Part shown: positions 27,129 through 37,728 of the stretch, piece by piece
How the letters are laid out: each line of letters opens with the position of its first letter
Numbering within the stretch: the stretch's first letter is position 1
From: a virus
Reading direction: 5' to 3' (one strand)
DNA length: 64,000 nucleotides
IMG/VR virus record: IMGVR_UViG_3300005336_000001
Coordinates: 29,561 to 93,560 of that record
Translations under genes and position numbers: made by a program
The notes under the pieces: model-generated
Database searches by the model: none
What the model was told of the DNA's origin: nothing
Seen by the model: only the letters and a program-made list of their open reading frames with translations

Positions 27129-27363
27129 CTCGAAGCCTTTGAGTGTGGTAACGAGCCAATGATTGTTGGCGATGTTTCATTCGAAATTGTTCATTATTGT
27201 GACGTTTTGTAGTGAGCCTTTCACTTCGACATATTTTACATGCGCGTGATTTGTGGCCGTTCTTAGTCGTGACGAAATAGGTGGTGCTTTCGCGCCACCT
27301 ATGTCCGTGTTTGCAATGCGTCTTATCCACGACGCACCTTTGCATTTTGCTTAAAAGCCACAC
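27097..27363 (-). CDS. Small Cys/His protein (THCKHGH..RACKIC); start uncertain
   Basis: Motif typical of HNH-associated Zn-binding modules in phages. Confidence 0.6.
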   Translation of the reverse strand: MWLLSKMQRCVVDKTHCKHGHRWRESTTYFVTTKNGHKSRACKICRSERLTTKRHNNEQFRMKHRQQSLARYHTQRLRDGLAQVLRRE

Positions 27364-28354
27364 CTAAGAAGCCAGCAGGCTGCTTCCTTTCATCACCATC
27401 ATCGTTCATATCAAATGCTTCCTTCATTTTATCTAGACGATCAAACACCTCTTCTTCAGGCTGTTTGAAACATTGGGTGGCAATACATACTTCCCGCAAG
27501 TGCGCTACACTGTAGCCCTCTGTGGCATCCACCCATCGTTCAATGGTTTCTTTTGAAAGGCCGGGCTCTTTGGCCTTGAAGTAGACAAGACGTGCTTCAG
27601 GAGAGGGCATTCCCACCTTCATGATGGTGTCAAAGCGGCTGGGACGGTCAATAAAGCGCCTATCCAGCATGTGTGGATAATTGGTGGTGGCAACATGGAC
27701 CACGTTGTTAATTTGGAATTCACCATCAAGAAGTGCCAATAAGTGATGGTCACCATTTTCTTGAATGATGGCGTCAATGTCTTCCATCACCGTAATCATG
27801 GGCCGCGTTGGCTCAATCTTGCGGATCATGCTCAGACACCAGACAGCTATTTGCGGGTTCTCTACAAACACCACAATGCCATCATTATCCTTAACCAGTT
27901 TTTGGGTCATCTGCCACACAGCAGAAGTTTTGCCACTACCCGGAGGACCCCACATGAGCATTCCACGTTTGAAGGTAAAACCACGTGCATCAAAAGCAGG
28001 ACGAAGTTTCCAAAACTGGTCAAATTCATTCAGAAGAATTTCTGTTGAACTATCAGGCAGCGACAACAGATTATCAATCTGAATTTTCATCTTTTCAATG
28101 TATGGACCAGTATTGGACATGCCACAGCGGTAGGCACCTGCTGGCACCAAGTCCACAACGTCACTTACTGGAAAATAAGAATTGCCGGTCTGTGCCCAAC
28201 AAGAGGCCGCAGCCATGTTCTTGGCCCAGTCATGTTGACCGCTGGCTGCTGCTCCTTCAATTGAAGAAGGATGGTGACGTGGTGGTTGTTGTGCGCGAAC
28301 AGTAACTTCTTCACGTACTGCATCAATGAAATCACTCAGGTTGTCTTTTGCCAC
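27323..28354 (-). CDS. AAA+ ATPase (classic clade)
   Basis: RGMLMWGPPGSGKT, MEDID, TTNYP..LD..DRPSRFD. Confidence 0.9.
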   Translation of the reverse strand: MAKDNLSDFIDAVREEVTVRAQQPPRHHPSSIEGAAASGQHDWAKNMAAASCWAQTGNSYFPVSDVVDLVPAGAYRCGMSNTGPYIEKMKIQIDNLLSLPDSSTEILLNEFDQFWKLRPAFDARGFTFKRGMLMWGPPGSGKTSAVWQMTQKLVKDNDGIVVFVENPQIAVWCLSMIRKIEPTRPMITVMEDIDAIIQENGDHHLLALLDGEFQINNVVHVATTNYPHMLDRRFIDRPSRFDTIMKVGMPSPEARLVYFKAKEPGLSKETIERWVDATEGYSVAHLREVCIATQCFKQPEEEVFDRLDKMKEAFDMNDDGDERKQPAGFLGVAFKQNAKVRRG

Positions 28355-29921
28355 TAAACTTCTCCGTGCCCTTCAAGAGCTGTTCTAACAGGTTCTTGCC
28401 CTGTGTGTTTGCATAGTAAATTCGTTCATCAACCGTTCCTTCCATGAAGGGGTCTATGTAATAGACTGGCTGTGTTTGCCCCGGCCTCCAGATACGACGT
28501 TCCCCCTGTTGACGATTAATAGGCGAGTCAGGTTGCTCAAAAAAGAACATATAGTTGGCGTGTTGCAGGTTCAAGGAATTTGAACCTGATTGATCGTTTA
28601 AAACCAGAACAATGCACTTTGGATCATCTCTGAACTTCTTCAATTCACCGATGACGTCTTTTTGACCTGACCATATACGTGCATGTTTGATTTTAAGCTT
28701 AGAAAGCCGTTCACTGATAAGTCCGTTAGTGTGAATGAAGTGATGAAATACGACCATCTTGCGGCCATACGGCATGGCGTCTATTTTTTCTTCAAGTAAA
28801 TCCAATTTAGGATTGGTGTCAAACGACACCTTTACCTTGGCATTGCTCTCACCATTAACCGTCATGAAGCCGGAAGCTAACTGTCGTAATTGAAGGTAAG
28901 AAGCTTCTGCGGCTCGTGTCCTATCACCACTTTGACTTTTAATTGCGGCAATAAATTGAGCGGCAGCAACCGAGACATACCCTTCCATGGCTGTGGGCAA
29001 TGGCAGCTTGGCCTTGATATAACGCCGCTCCGGCAAGTCATGCATCTCAGATGCTTCGTAATGAATGCTGTTGTGCTTGATTAATTTTCGCAGCAGTGGC
29101 ATCTTTTTCTTATCAAATTTGTACTCTTTGAATTTGGTGAAAAAGTTTATTTTCTCCTCAAAGAATGCAGCTTGGAACAATCCTTTAGTTTCACCAATGG
29201 ATTCTCCAAAATCAATCAGATAAAACTGTGCCCAAATGTCCTCAACATTTTTACCAAAAGGTGTTCCGGACAAACCGATACCATATTCACATTCATTGCT
29301 GATGGCACGACACATCCTGTAGGTCAGGCTGCTCACATTGGAGCATTTGTGAATCTCATCCGCCACAAAAGTATCAAAGCCAGCAAACACCTTGCGTGTG
29401 TTCTTTGGATCAATTGTCCATGCCTTTTTCTTGCGTTTGGCTACAGGCATATCCTCTGCCAGCATGGCAACGGCACTAGCGTAACAGATCACATAGACGT
29501 CACTGGTACTTTCCTCGAGGTGACGAAGGTTTTGAATGGTGGAACCAATTAGTGGTGTGAGGCTTAGAGCTGGACTGTACTTCTTGCATTCTTCAATCCA
29601 TGTATCTACAGCCGTCACATAAGGCACAAAGATAATAGCCTTTGGTTTCTGCCCCAACATCTTGCGGTGTAGGATAGAAAATAAAGTGATCAGGGTTTTT
29701 CCCCCACCCATATCGATGTGAAGCATGAACCGCTTCAGTGTTGTGCAGAGCAAGAAACAGACGAGTTGATGGTCCCAAAGTTTTTCAAAGTTTGGAACGT
29801 TTTTCAGTTCTGAACGAAGCTCTTTGGCTAAAACCACTCGCTTTAGCTTTTTCATCCAATCATGATTGTCAGGCTTGCGCTCAAGAAGTGCGTTGACAGC
29901 TTGCTTAGCGATCAGGCCCAT
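28332..29921 (-). CDS. SNF2-family helicase
   Basis: DMGGGKT, DEIH, LSGTP, SLNLQ, QGERRIWRPGQ. Confidence 0.9.
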   Translation of the reverse strand: MGLIAKQAVNALLERKPDNHDWMKKLKRVVLAKELRSELKNVPNFEKLWDHQLVCFLLCTTLKRFMLHIDMGGGKTLITLFSILHRKMLGQKPKAIIFVPYVTAVDTWIEECKKYSPALSLTPLIGSTIQNLRHLEESTSDVYVICYASAVAMLAEDMPVAKRKKKAWTIDPKNTRKVFAGFDTFVADEIHKCSNVSSLTYRMCRAISNECEYGIGLSGTPFGKNVEDIWAQFYLIDFGESIGETKGLFQAAFFEEKINFFTKFKEYKFDKKKMPLLRKLIKHNSIHYEASEMHDLPERRYIKAKLPLPTAMEGYVSVAAAQFIAAIKSQSGDRTRAAEASYLQLRQLASGFMTVNGESNAKVKVSFDTNPKLDLLEEKIDAMPYGRKMVVFHHFIHTNGLISERLSKLKIKHARIWSGQKDVIGELKKFRDDPKCIVLVLNDQSGSNSLNLQHANYMFFFEQPDSPINRQQGERRIWRPGQTQPVYYIDPFMEGTVDERIYYANTQGKNLLEQLLKGTEKFSGKRQPE

Positions 29922-30125
29922 ATCAGGCTAGGAACATCAATAATGGCAGACACAACCAGAACCAATTCCCATTGCCAGTATGAAATCCCATGACTGCCCC
30001 AATCCCAATGGATACAACCATGCTTACCACCAAAGCATTCATGCGCCATCTCAACAACATGGAATGCAACCTTTTGTTCATCTGTGAATTATCCGGCATA
30101 ACTTAACGTGTCTGGAGACACAATC

Positions 30126-30374
30126 ATGGCTGGGATCATTATAGGCTTTTTTGAGATGGCACTCTACTGTGCCATCATCATCTTCATAGCGTACCTGTTT
30201 GTGTGGGGCCTTCAATTCTTTCTTGGGATTACTATTGATGGCAACGTACTAAAGTGGGGGCGCGTAATTGTAGGATTGCTTTGCTTCTTGGCGTTCCTCA
30301 CTTGGCTCTTTTCAGTATTGGGCCTTGGAGGTGGTTTTCCACACTTCTTTCCACACGGATATCTATCGCGCTAA
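30126..30374 (+). CDS. Small membrane protein on the opposite strand
   Basis: GGAG RBS; two long hydrophobic segments. Confidence 0.65.
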   Translation: MAGIIIGFFEMALYCAIIIFIAYLFVWGLQFFLGITIDGNVLKWGRVIVGLLCFLAFLTWLFSVLGLGGGFPHFFPHGYLSR

Positions 30375-30434
30375 GTCTCAGATAGGCCCATTGCCGTCAA
30401 TACCACCACCACCGCCTAGAATTTGTCGCAACTG

Positions 30435-30707
30435 CTAGTGTGGTTTAACCAGCTTGGATCGCGGTCCTTTTCCAAGCTGACCATTTTCATGGGCTTGGAT
30501 CATGGTGTTGTATAAGTGAGGGGGTGGCATGACGAACTTGCCAGCGTCCTGAATGGTGAGTTGATTGCCATCCCTGAACACACAAATGACGATGCAAGCC
30601 TCAGCGCCTACACGTCGTGCTACCCGTTCAGACTCACGTGTCATCTTGAGCATCAGCTCGGCCTTATCGCGTGCCGTCATTTTTGGCTTCGGTGCTTCTT
30701 CAGTCAT
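30435..30707 (-). CDS. Hypothetical protein
   Basis: GAGG RBS; 90 aa. Confidence 0.6.
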   Translation of the reverse strand: MTEEAPKPKMTARDKAELMLKMTRESERVARRVGAEACIVICVFRDGNQLTIQDAGKFVMPPPHLYNTMIQAHENGQLGKGPRSKLVKPH

Positions 30708-31082
30708 GCTAACCTCAAGGCTAGAGCTGGGATTTCAGCATCATTAAGCCTGTCTGACCCATACATAATCCATATGCAACGGCAATTTTCCCCATTGATG
30801 GAAATAATCACCATCCTTGGTGAACCAGACTTCAGGTAAACCCTGTCACCCGCTTTGAATTTATTCCCTGTTTCAGTCATTTGTAATCTTTCCTCAACCT
30901 TGCCAGCTCTTTTTGAGCTATTTTTACTTCTTTTTTTCCAATACCGGCATACTTCCGTTTGGCTCTGAGTTGTCGCAATTCATGCAACCACCAATGCCGT
31001 AAATCCATGTACTCCTTGGGGCGCTTACATTCGGACGGAATCAGTATAACTGAACGCATCCGCAACTTTAGTCTGACCCGTT

Positions 31083-32510
31083 TCATGGTTCCTCAGCTTC
31101 GCCATCACGACCTACCTCTGGTATGTTTGGCCAATAACTTGCCCCAGTCATCAAGATAGAATCCACGGCGAATATACCCATCGCATAGTTTTGTGAGACG
31201 CAGAGAGTTATCTGGTCCTCGTCATTGCGTCCACCTGATACGAACAAGCGCGCCAACCCCATCTTGTGCTCAGCAACTGTCTGATTGTAGGTGATGATGC
31301 AATCCGCATGGGCCACCTTGCTGTAAGCCTCAGCAACGCTATCTGACCCTACATGCTTAGCCTTGGCATTGGCCCGATTACTCTGGCTGACAACGGCCAC
31401 AGCCATGTTCCGGGTAACCCCCATACCACGCAGTTCCTTATAAATTTCGTCAATACTGAGGCGGTAATTGTTCTTGTCAATTTTCATAAGATCAGGATAG
31501 TCAATAATAAGAAGATCAGGTATAAATCTTTCATTACTCTCAAGACCGTCCAAATAGGCTTCTAACTGCCTTACTGTAAGTGAGCCGGTTGGGAACTGTT
31601 TGACAATTACATTGTCCAGTAAGCGGGGGCCAAATTTAGAAATACGATGTTCAAGCTTTGCCCTGATCTTGGGGTCGTCCATTGACAGCTTGGGCACCAT
31701 TTCCTTTTCGTTAAACCCAACCAATCGGCCCAATTGGTCACGGTCAAATTTGGTAATTATCTTTTTTTCTTTACGTTTAGATAGTGCAAACAACGCTTGC
31801 ATATATCTCTGTGCCGACCTTTCCTCAGACATTTCAAGTGAAATGTGACACACACGGAGCCTGTGAACCATCGCCATTTTGGCCAACTGGATCAACATCC
31901 ATGTTTTACCACGCTTTGCGGCTGCTATGTATAGCCATAGTTCTTTTCTGGTCGGTCCAAACCCACGTTTATCAAATTCGGGTATGCCAGTTGGAAAACA
32001 GTTCACTTGCTGATCAAGGAAATCTAGAACACGGTCTTTATTGCTTAGCCGGAGGCCGGAATCGAAAACCGATAGTTGTTGATTCTTTGTCCCTGCAAGC
32101 AGGGCCATTGCCTCATCGAGAGACTCATCCGTATCCTTTTGCAGAGCTTTGGCTAGGTCTATCGCTATAGAGCGCATTGATTGCCGTGTGATGAATTTCT
32201 CAAGTTGAGACATCACATAATCAGTGTTGATGCCGTCATGCAGGTCTTTGATGCCTAAGAGAATATCCTCGTATAGGCCAGCCTCACGTTTGTTCTTTTC
32301 ATCAAGCTTGTCAGCCAACAGGTCAGCAATGTGATCCTTGGGAGCCTTTTTGTATCGATCTATGTACTCATAGATGCGTCGTGCTATCAGCGCGTATGGA
32401 CCACCCCAAAACTCTGGCTCAATGACGTTGCGTATGAGCACACAATTCTTGTCGTCATATGCCAATAAAGTCACGAAGTTTTCTTGTAGCGCCGAGAGGC
32501 TTACAGCCAT
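31083..32510 (-). CDS. DnaB/gp41-like replicative helicase
   Basis: PTGIPEFD, AAAKRGKT, SLEMSE, IIDYPDLM, VSQSNR. Confidence 0.92.
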   Translation of the reverse strand: MAVSLSALQENFVTLLAYDDKNCVLIRNVIEPEFWGGPYALIARRIYEYIDRYKKAPKDHIADLLADKLDEKNKREAGLYEDILLGIKDLHDGINTDYVMSQLEKFITRQSMRSIAIDLAKALQKDTDESLDEAMALLAGTKNQQLSVFDSGLRLSNKDRVLDFLDQQVNCFPTGIPEFDKRGFGPTRKELWLYIAAAKRGKTWMLIQLAKMAMVHRLRVCHISLEMSEERSAQRYMQALFALSKRKEKKIITKFDRDQLGRLVGFNEKEMVPKLSMDDPKIRAKLEHRISKFGPRLLDNVIVKQFPTGSLTVRQLEAYLDGLESNERFIPDLLIIDYPDLMKIDKNNYRLSIDEIYKELRGMGVTRNMAVAVVSQSNRANAKAKHVGSDSVAEAYSKVAHADCIITYNQTVAEHKMGLARLFVSGGRNDEDQITLCVSQNYAMGIFAVDSILMTGASYWPNIPEVGRDGEAEEP

Positions 32511-32533
32511 GTGATACCCTTGTGATGCTAAAA

Positions 32534-32610
32534 TGGTCTGGATGGTTGGACTTGAACCAACGGCCCCCGCATTCCAAGTGCGGTACTCTACCTGACTGAG
32601 CTACATCCAG
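32534..32610 (-). tRNA. tRNA-Pro(UGG)
   Basis: Canonical cloverleaf; CCGCA-CU-UGG-AA-UGCGG; encoded CCA. Confidence 0.95.
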
Positions 32611-32614
32611 CTAT

Positions 32615-32986
32615 TTAACTGCGCCCTTTAATACTGTCAGGTCGTTTCCGCAACTCTACCAACTTCTCAATGTCATAGTGTGAGTCAAATACGGCGACAT
32701 CCCGGTAGGTGAATTTCTCCCGTGCCTCATGCTCAAGTGCGGTGAGGACCGCTTTGAATGCAGTTTGGACAATTTCGCCATCAGTCATGTGGATTGACAA
32801 ATTCCATTTACGGGACTTCCATCTGATATCAGCATCTGTCACGTTACATTTGTCATTACATTCTATTTGCATGTAATAGTTGCCGTTGACGACACCGACT
32901 ACAAAATAGAAGTTCGGGAAATCAACTCGTGTCAGGACATCACTAAAATGAGATATGTTAGTCTGTTCGTCTTGTAATTTGCTCAT
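32615..32986 (-). CDS. Hypothetical phage protein
   Basis: WKSRKW.LS.HMT.GEIVQTAFKA..EHEARE.F motif. Confidence 0.75.
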   Translation of the reverse strand: MSKLQDEQTNISHFSDVLTRVDFPNFYFVVGVVNGNYYMQIECNDKCNVTDADIRWKSRKWNLSIHMTDGEIVQTAFKAVLTALEHEAREKFTYRDVAVFDSHYDIEKLVELRKRPDSIKGRS

Positions 32987-33093
32987 GGTAATTTTCCTTA
33001 CACAGGACGTAAGTCCCTTTGCATGCTGCACAAGTGAAAACAGTATGGCCGTAAACGTCTACTGCCCCTTTATCCCAACTGTGGAAACCAGCA

Positions 33094-33570
33094 TCACATG
33101 CCGAATTTCTTAAGAATGAACGGTCCCAAACCAGACTCAATGTAGTTAGGGAACGCTTGATCAAAGATGCGAGGTATTTGGCCAAGGTTGCTCACCATAG
33201 TTCCCATGTTGGTTGGAACACTACGCTTTAACAGATCTTGGGAGAGGAGTTCAAACAGCATACGGAGCAGGGCCATTTGCCCTACTTTGTTTTTGTCCCA
33301 ACCCGGCAGCTTGCTGTCAAACCATTTGCCGAGGGGTAGTACCTTGGCATCAAATGCCCGCCCCCACTTGCTTGCCGCAAACGTGGCATAGGGCACAGGT
33401 GACGCTAAGGCCGCCCCTAGTGCCTCATAAACTGTTGCCCCTAGTTGGGTGGCGGGCTGGCCAATAGCCCCTGTACGGCCTTTGCAAAGGTGGCTGGCTA
33501 CGGAGGCAATGACGGCCTGATCTTCATGGGATAGGCCCGGCAACGCCGCTAGGATTTGATCTTTGGTCAC
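33094..33570 (-). CDS. Hypothetical protein
   Basis: 158-aa coupled ORF. Confidence 0.65.
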   Translation of the reverse strand: MTKDQILAALPGLSHEDQAVIASVASHLCKGRTGAIGQPATQLGATVYEALGAALASPVPYATFAASKWGRAFDAKVLPLGKWFDSKLPGWDKNKVGQMALLRMLFELLSQDLLKRSVPTNMGTMVSNLGQIPRIFDQAFPNYIESGLGPFILKKFGM

Positions 33571-34031
33571 AGGCTTTGGCTCTGTGGTGCGAAGACTATT
33601 TTCTCCGGTGGCTCACGCTTCCTGATCTGCCATGACAAAGCATAGTTGAAAAAGAGTATGTTCAGCATACAGGAAATTGCACTGAAGTATTGTCCACTTG
33701 CTGTTTCAACAATGGCTATTGCCAGAAAAGACACACATATCACAATTCGCATTACTGAGGATGACCAACTGCGTGCGATGGCATTGTATATTTCGTATTT
33801 TTCGGAGTTTTGCAACACACAGCGGAAGATGCAATTGGCTCCATTGAGCCCAATATTGAACATGGTCAGACCAGTGAATGCTTTGTCATCTAAATTATCA
33901 AACATCTCACCTGCGAGGAATGCAGTGACTGCGACGGTCCCTGCATACACCCCCGTCCTGTCAAATAACCACAAGTAAGAATCTTGTGTGCGTTTCAGGA
34001 TAAATTCATCCCATTGTTTTATTTTTTCCAT
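33567..34031 (-). CDS. Four-TM membrane protein
   Basis: Hydrophobic segments; AGGGAAG RBS. Confidence 0.6.
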   Translation of the reverse strand: MEKIKQWDEFILKRTQDSYLWLFDRTGVYAGTVAVTAFLAGEMFDNLDDKAFTGLTMFNIGLNGANCIFRCVLQNSEKYEIYNAIARSWSSSVMRIVICVSFLAIAIVETASGQYFSAISCMLNILFFNYALSWQIRKREPPEKIVFAPQSQSL

Positions 34032-34065
34032 TTGTCCAACTTCCCTTTGGTGAACTTGTTGAGGG

Positions 34066-34689
34066 TCATGTGGGCGCAGACTCGCGCTTGCCGCAGTCTT
34101 TTGCCACTTTGGCACCACTCCCGGCGTCCGATTTCCCTTGCGAGGTGAGGGCGGCGCGAATGTCGTGGACGGCACGGTGGATTTTCTGAGAAATGATTTT
34201 GTAGTGCTGGTTCTTGGTGTCGTTGCCGAGCGCGTAAAGATCGGCGAGCCCCTTCGTGATCACGTCGTCCCCCACCACATAGGCCGACGTATCGGCGGGG
34301 GTGGCGAGTGGCGTTCCGGTGTTTTGACATGCGCCACTTCCCCAACACCAGCCGGTGTTTGGGCACTTTTCGCAAGCCTCATGGATTGGCTTCACCCCCG
34401 CCGTTTCCGCTGCTGGCGGGGAGGCGAGCGCTGCAATCATCCGGTCAAACGACGCGTCAATGTCGCGCCGAATTGATCCGACTGAATTGTTCATCCAGTA
34501 TGATCGCTCAGCTTCTATCGCCTTTTCCACCTCTCCCCTTCCTGCGGTGGACGCAGAGGCGGAGTGGCGGAGGGCGGTTACGATCATGCCCCATTTATCG
34601 CCACTGATTATCGCGTCACCGGTATGAGATACCGCAAGTTCGATGCTGTCGGCCAGCTTCAGCAACTCGGGTGGGGTGGGGATCGTCAT
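34066..34689 (-). CDS. Hypothetical protein in a locally GC-rich segment
   Basis: AAGGA RBS; 207 aa; CEKC..WC..C. Confidence 0.6.
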   Translation of the reverse strand: MTIPTPPELLKLADSIELAVSHTGDAIISGDKWGMIVTALRHSASASTAGRGEVEKAIEAERSYWMNNSVGSIRRDIDASFDRMIAALASPPAAETAGVKPIHEACEKCPNTGWCWGSGACQNTGTPLATPADTSAYVVGDDVITKGLADLYALGNDTKNQHYKIISQKIHRAVHDIRAALTSQGKSDAGSGAKVAKDCGKRESAPT

Positions 34690-34731
34690 AGCTTAAAATT
34701 CCTTTTGTGTGCATTTCACCATGTTTTTCTC

Positions 34732-34992
34732 CTACGGAGCCAAACGCTCAATTCTGCGTTGGACTTTGCGCCAGAACTTCTTGTCCTTCTTGCCTGATGT
34801 CATCACCAAGGCGCGGCCAGACTTGACCGCCTTCCGGATCACATTAGAGACTGCCGAGAAATCGTGCCAGCGGCCCCAGCTCAAAGTCTCGGTGCGGTCA
34901 CGCATGTCCCCGGTGATGCGCCAAGCGTTGCCTCTGTTGTGCCAATTTGGTTTGGCACCTGTCCTTATTCTTATCGGAACTGGTTTGCTCAT
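34732..34992 (-). CDS. Small basic protein
   Basis: AAAGGA RBS; follows the tRNA. Confidence 0.55.
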   Translation of the reverse strand: MSKPVPIRIRTGAKPNWHNRGNAWRITGDMRDRTETLSWGRWHDFSAVSNVIRKAVKSGRALVMTSGKKDKKFWRKVQRRIERLAP

Positions 34993-35011
34993 TTCATGAG
35001 TCCTTTGTAAG

Positions 35012-35088
35012 TGGTGGGGGTGGAGAGATTCGAACTCCCGATGGCGGCATCAAAAGCCGCAGTCTTGGACCAACTAGACGACACCCCT
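35012..35088 (-). tRNA. tRNA-Gln(UUG)
   Basis: Cloverleaf; GCGGC-UU-UUG-AU-GCCGC; GUUCGAAU T loop; encoded CCA. Confidence 0.93.
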
Positions 35089-35439
35089 AAAACTTAATCT
35101 TGAGTTGGTGTTTTTTCACTCAATTCAGCGATCCGCCTTATATCACTGTTTGATACGTTCCCATAAGTCCACGGCAACACCCATTTTTGGAACTGAGCGT
35201 AGCTGTCAGCGTGATTAGAGACAGCCCCTTTTACAAAGGTATATTTACGTTTCCCTGCTTCCTCATATAACTGGAAGTATGAAGGTATCCAAGGATGACC
35301 CCCACGTTTGGACCATACGACAACAGTGGCTACCCACTTCTGGCTTTTGAACTCCTTGAGTGCCTCCTTGCGAGCCAGCCTAGCACGTCGCCATGCCCGG
35401 AAGTCACCAAGCAAACACGACCACCATGGCACTTTGAAG

Positions 35440-35724
35440 TCACTGGCTTTCGGTGTGTGCGGACTCAATTTGGTTTGATTCTTTGATCGCTTCTTCATTA
35501 GCCCATTTCCTGAACTTGATGATCCTCTGTTTGGCACGGTAAAGGCGGGATTTGACAGTGCCTACTGGCACGCCAAAGTGAAATACCAATTCGTCATAGG
35601 TCATGCGTGGTGTGACTTCAGAATTCAGCAATAGATCGTATTGGTTCTGACTCAATTTCTTAAGTTTGTTCAGATGTGGGCCATCAGCATCCGTTAATTT
35701 GAACGGCTCAGGTTTAGTTTTCAC
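35440..35724 (-). CDS. Stand-alone sigma-70 region 4 (ECF-type HTH) protein
   Basis: MTYDEL..GVPVGTVKSRLYRAKQRI; only 94 aa, no region 2. Confidence 0.8.
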   Translation of the reverse strand: MKTKPEPFKLTDADGPHLNKLKKLSQNQYDLLLNSEVTPRMTYDELVFHFGVPVGTVKSRLYRAKQRIIKFRKWANEEAIKESNQIESAHTESQ

Positions 35725-35948
35725 AGAGTGTTCCTTCCACGGGCTATGTTGATTAACATGTTGCGCACTCCAAATATTTTTTCAAGTTTGAAGATGTCAT
35801 GAAGTGCGATGCGTTGCCTCCCAGCCTCTATGTTGGCAAGTGCCGGGCGGCTCATTTTGGCTTTCTTAGCAAGGTCCTCCTGTCTCATACCTATTTCAAG
35901 TCTTGATTCCTTGATCGCTTTCCCCAACCTCTTGTAACATTGTTCCAT
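35721..35948 (-). CDS. XRE-family HTH regulator
   Basis: IKESR..GMRQEDLAKKAKMSRPALANIEAGRQ. Confidence 0.88.
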   Translation of the reverse strand: MEQCYKRLGKAIKESRLEIGMRQEDLAKKAKMSRPALANIEAGRQRIALHDIFKLEKIFGVRNMLINIARGRNTL

Positions 35949-37728
35949 TTTCTTTATCCTTTGCTCTCATAGCAGCAAGCATGGTTTGCCAATTGTCACC
36001 TGACAATGCTTGTAATCTTGCTCTTTGTTCTTTTGATAGAGCTTGCTTTTCATGGGCTCCTGTCCCTATGACTTCATCTACAATCTTCAGGACAGCGCCT
36101 GGCTTGTTTGTGTCCTTTAATTGCATTAACAGATTTTTGACTGCTGGAAAGAAAATTTCTGTAAATTCTTTATCTGTCATGTTTAACCTTCAACATACGT
36201 TTGATTGTTTCAGAGTGCGGACCTGCCAACGCCTTGAGCAGTTGTCTTTGTTTCTCAGTCAATGATTGTTCTTGAAGACGGATGTCAGGGTCCAAACCAA
36301 TAAGCAGTTTCAGTGGTTTGATATGTCCACTTCCGTTCCCAAAGCATTTACGTTTTGCGGGGAACCACAATTCAAGATCTTCTACTGACCAACGTTTCAT
36401 CCGTTTCATCATAGCTTCAATCCATGTCTGGCCCTGTAGGCCATGTGGATGGCATGGCCATGCTCACCATTGAACCTTTTCAAGAAAGTATCAAAGTTTT
36501 TAGGGAACCAATGGCTGCCAATCAGAAAAGATTTGTTTCCACGTAAAGTCTCATGGATGAGTATTCGGTCAGACTTGACCCTCACGTTGTGCAACTTGCA
36601 TAGGTATGTGGCTGTATGGAAATTTTCAGCATACTTGATTGAAGAAGTAATAATCAGATTGACCTTGCCCTTACGCCATGCGTCGAAATCACCGACTATA
36701 AACAAGTTACTATAATCCTTGATTTCAGACTTCTTGTATCCATTCCTTATCAAGGTTAGCCCAGTCTGCACACAATCCTCAGTGTAGACCAAGAAATCAA
36801 TATCCGTGAACATGGGCGGGGGTGAGCATACATACCGTGATCCGGCAGGGTGGATGGATGCATCTGGCAGGAGCCGTCTCAACTCATTCAACCGAGGCTT
36901 TATCGTAAGGTGGTAAGCCAATTTCTGTAACAAGCCCATTTCTGATCTCCATCATACGCTTGATCGTTGCCCCGTGCGGGCCAACCAGAGCTATAAGTTT
37001 GCTTTTTAGTTCGTCAGTCAGCTTTTGCTCCATGGTTGACATGTCAGGGTTCATACCAAGAAATATCCTAAGCTCCCTAGCCCTCACCAAAGGCCCCCTC
37101 TTGGTTTCCCAACTGTACAAGGCAGGGCCAAACAAACCACTGTCCCTAACAGGCTTCCAATACTTGTTGAACTCGTCACTGGTCATTTGCCACCTGCTTG
37201 ATCAAGATGATTTTGAGGAACACTTCAGCATGTGGACCTGCCAAACCAATCAATTGTGCCCTCAATTTGTCATCCAGTTCCATATTATTGGCATCAATAA
37301 AGGGATCACGGCCAAGAAGGCTTTTAATGGCTCTAGCCCTAGAAGGCATATTGTGGCGGTCGAACATGTTACGAAACAGCACACCATCCCGTACAGGCCG
37401 CCAATAACGCTCAATTTCGTCCTTAGTCATCAGAACCCTCCCTTGCTTCTATAGCCTTAAGAAGTGTCATCAGGTGTGGGCTATCGTGGAAGTCACGCAT
37501 CACTTCTAGCTTCTTGGCTGCTACCTCAGAAGTCTTGATGTATTGAACAAAGGTGAAAGGTTTCCTCCTCTTGATACTGATTTGAAAACGTTTCCACTGC
37601 CCCTTGGTAATTCCAGCCGTTTTCCTCAGTTTTTGCTGTTCTTCACGATGGGATTTGTGTGTATAGGAAATACCTCCTACTAAGCCTATCGTAGCTTCAT
37701 TCAAGAGACTTCTATCTATCTTAGGCAT
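35896..37728 (-). repeat. Cluster 1 of GPH-motif paralogues (6 CDS: 35896-36180, 36170-36412, 36409-36939, 36884-37186, 37176-37430, 37423-37728)
   Basis: C-termini LSGDNWQTMLAAM, LAGPHSETIKRM, FNGEHGHAIHMAY, LVGPHGATIKRM, LAGPHAEVFLKI, HDSPHLMTLLKAI. Confidence 0.8.
36409..36939 (-). CDS. Pol-beta-superfamily nucleotidyltransferase with C-terminal GPH-like motif
   Basis: AGSRY..TDIDFLV (hGS..DxD) signature. Confidence 0.75.
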   Translation of the reverse strand: MGLLQKLAYHLTIKPRLNELRRLLPDASIHPAGSRYVCSPPPMFTDIDFLVYTEDCVQTGLTLIRNGYKKSEIKDYSNLFIVGDFDAWRKGKVNLIITSSIKYAENFHTATYLCKLHNVRVKSDRILIHETLRGNKSFLIGSHWFPKNFDTFLKRFNGEHGHAIHMAYRARHGLKL

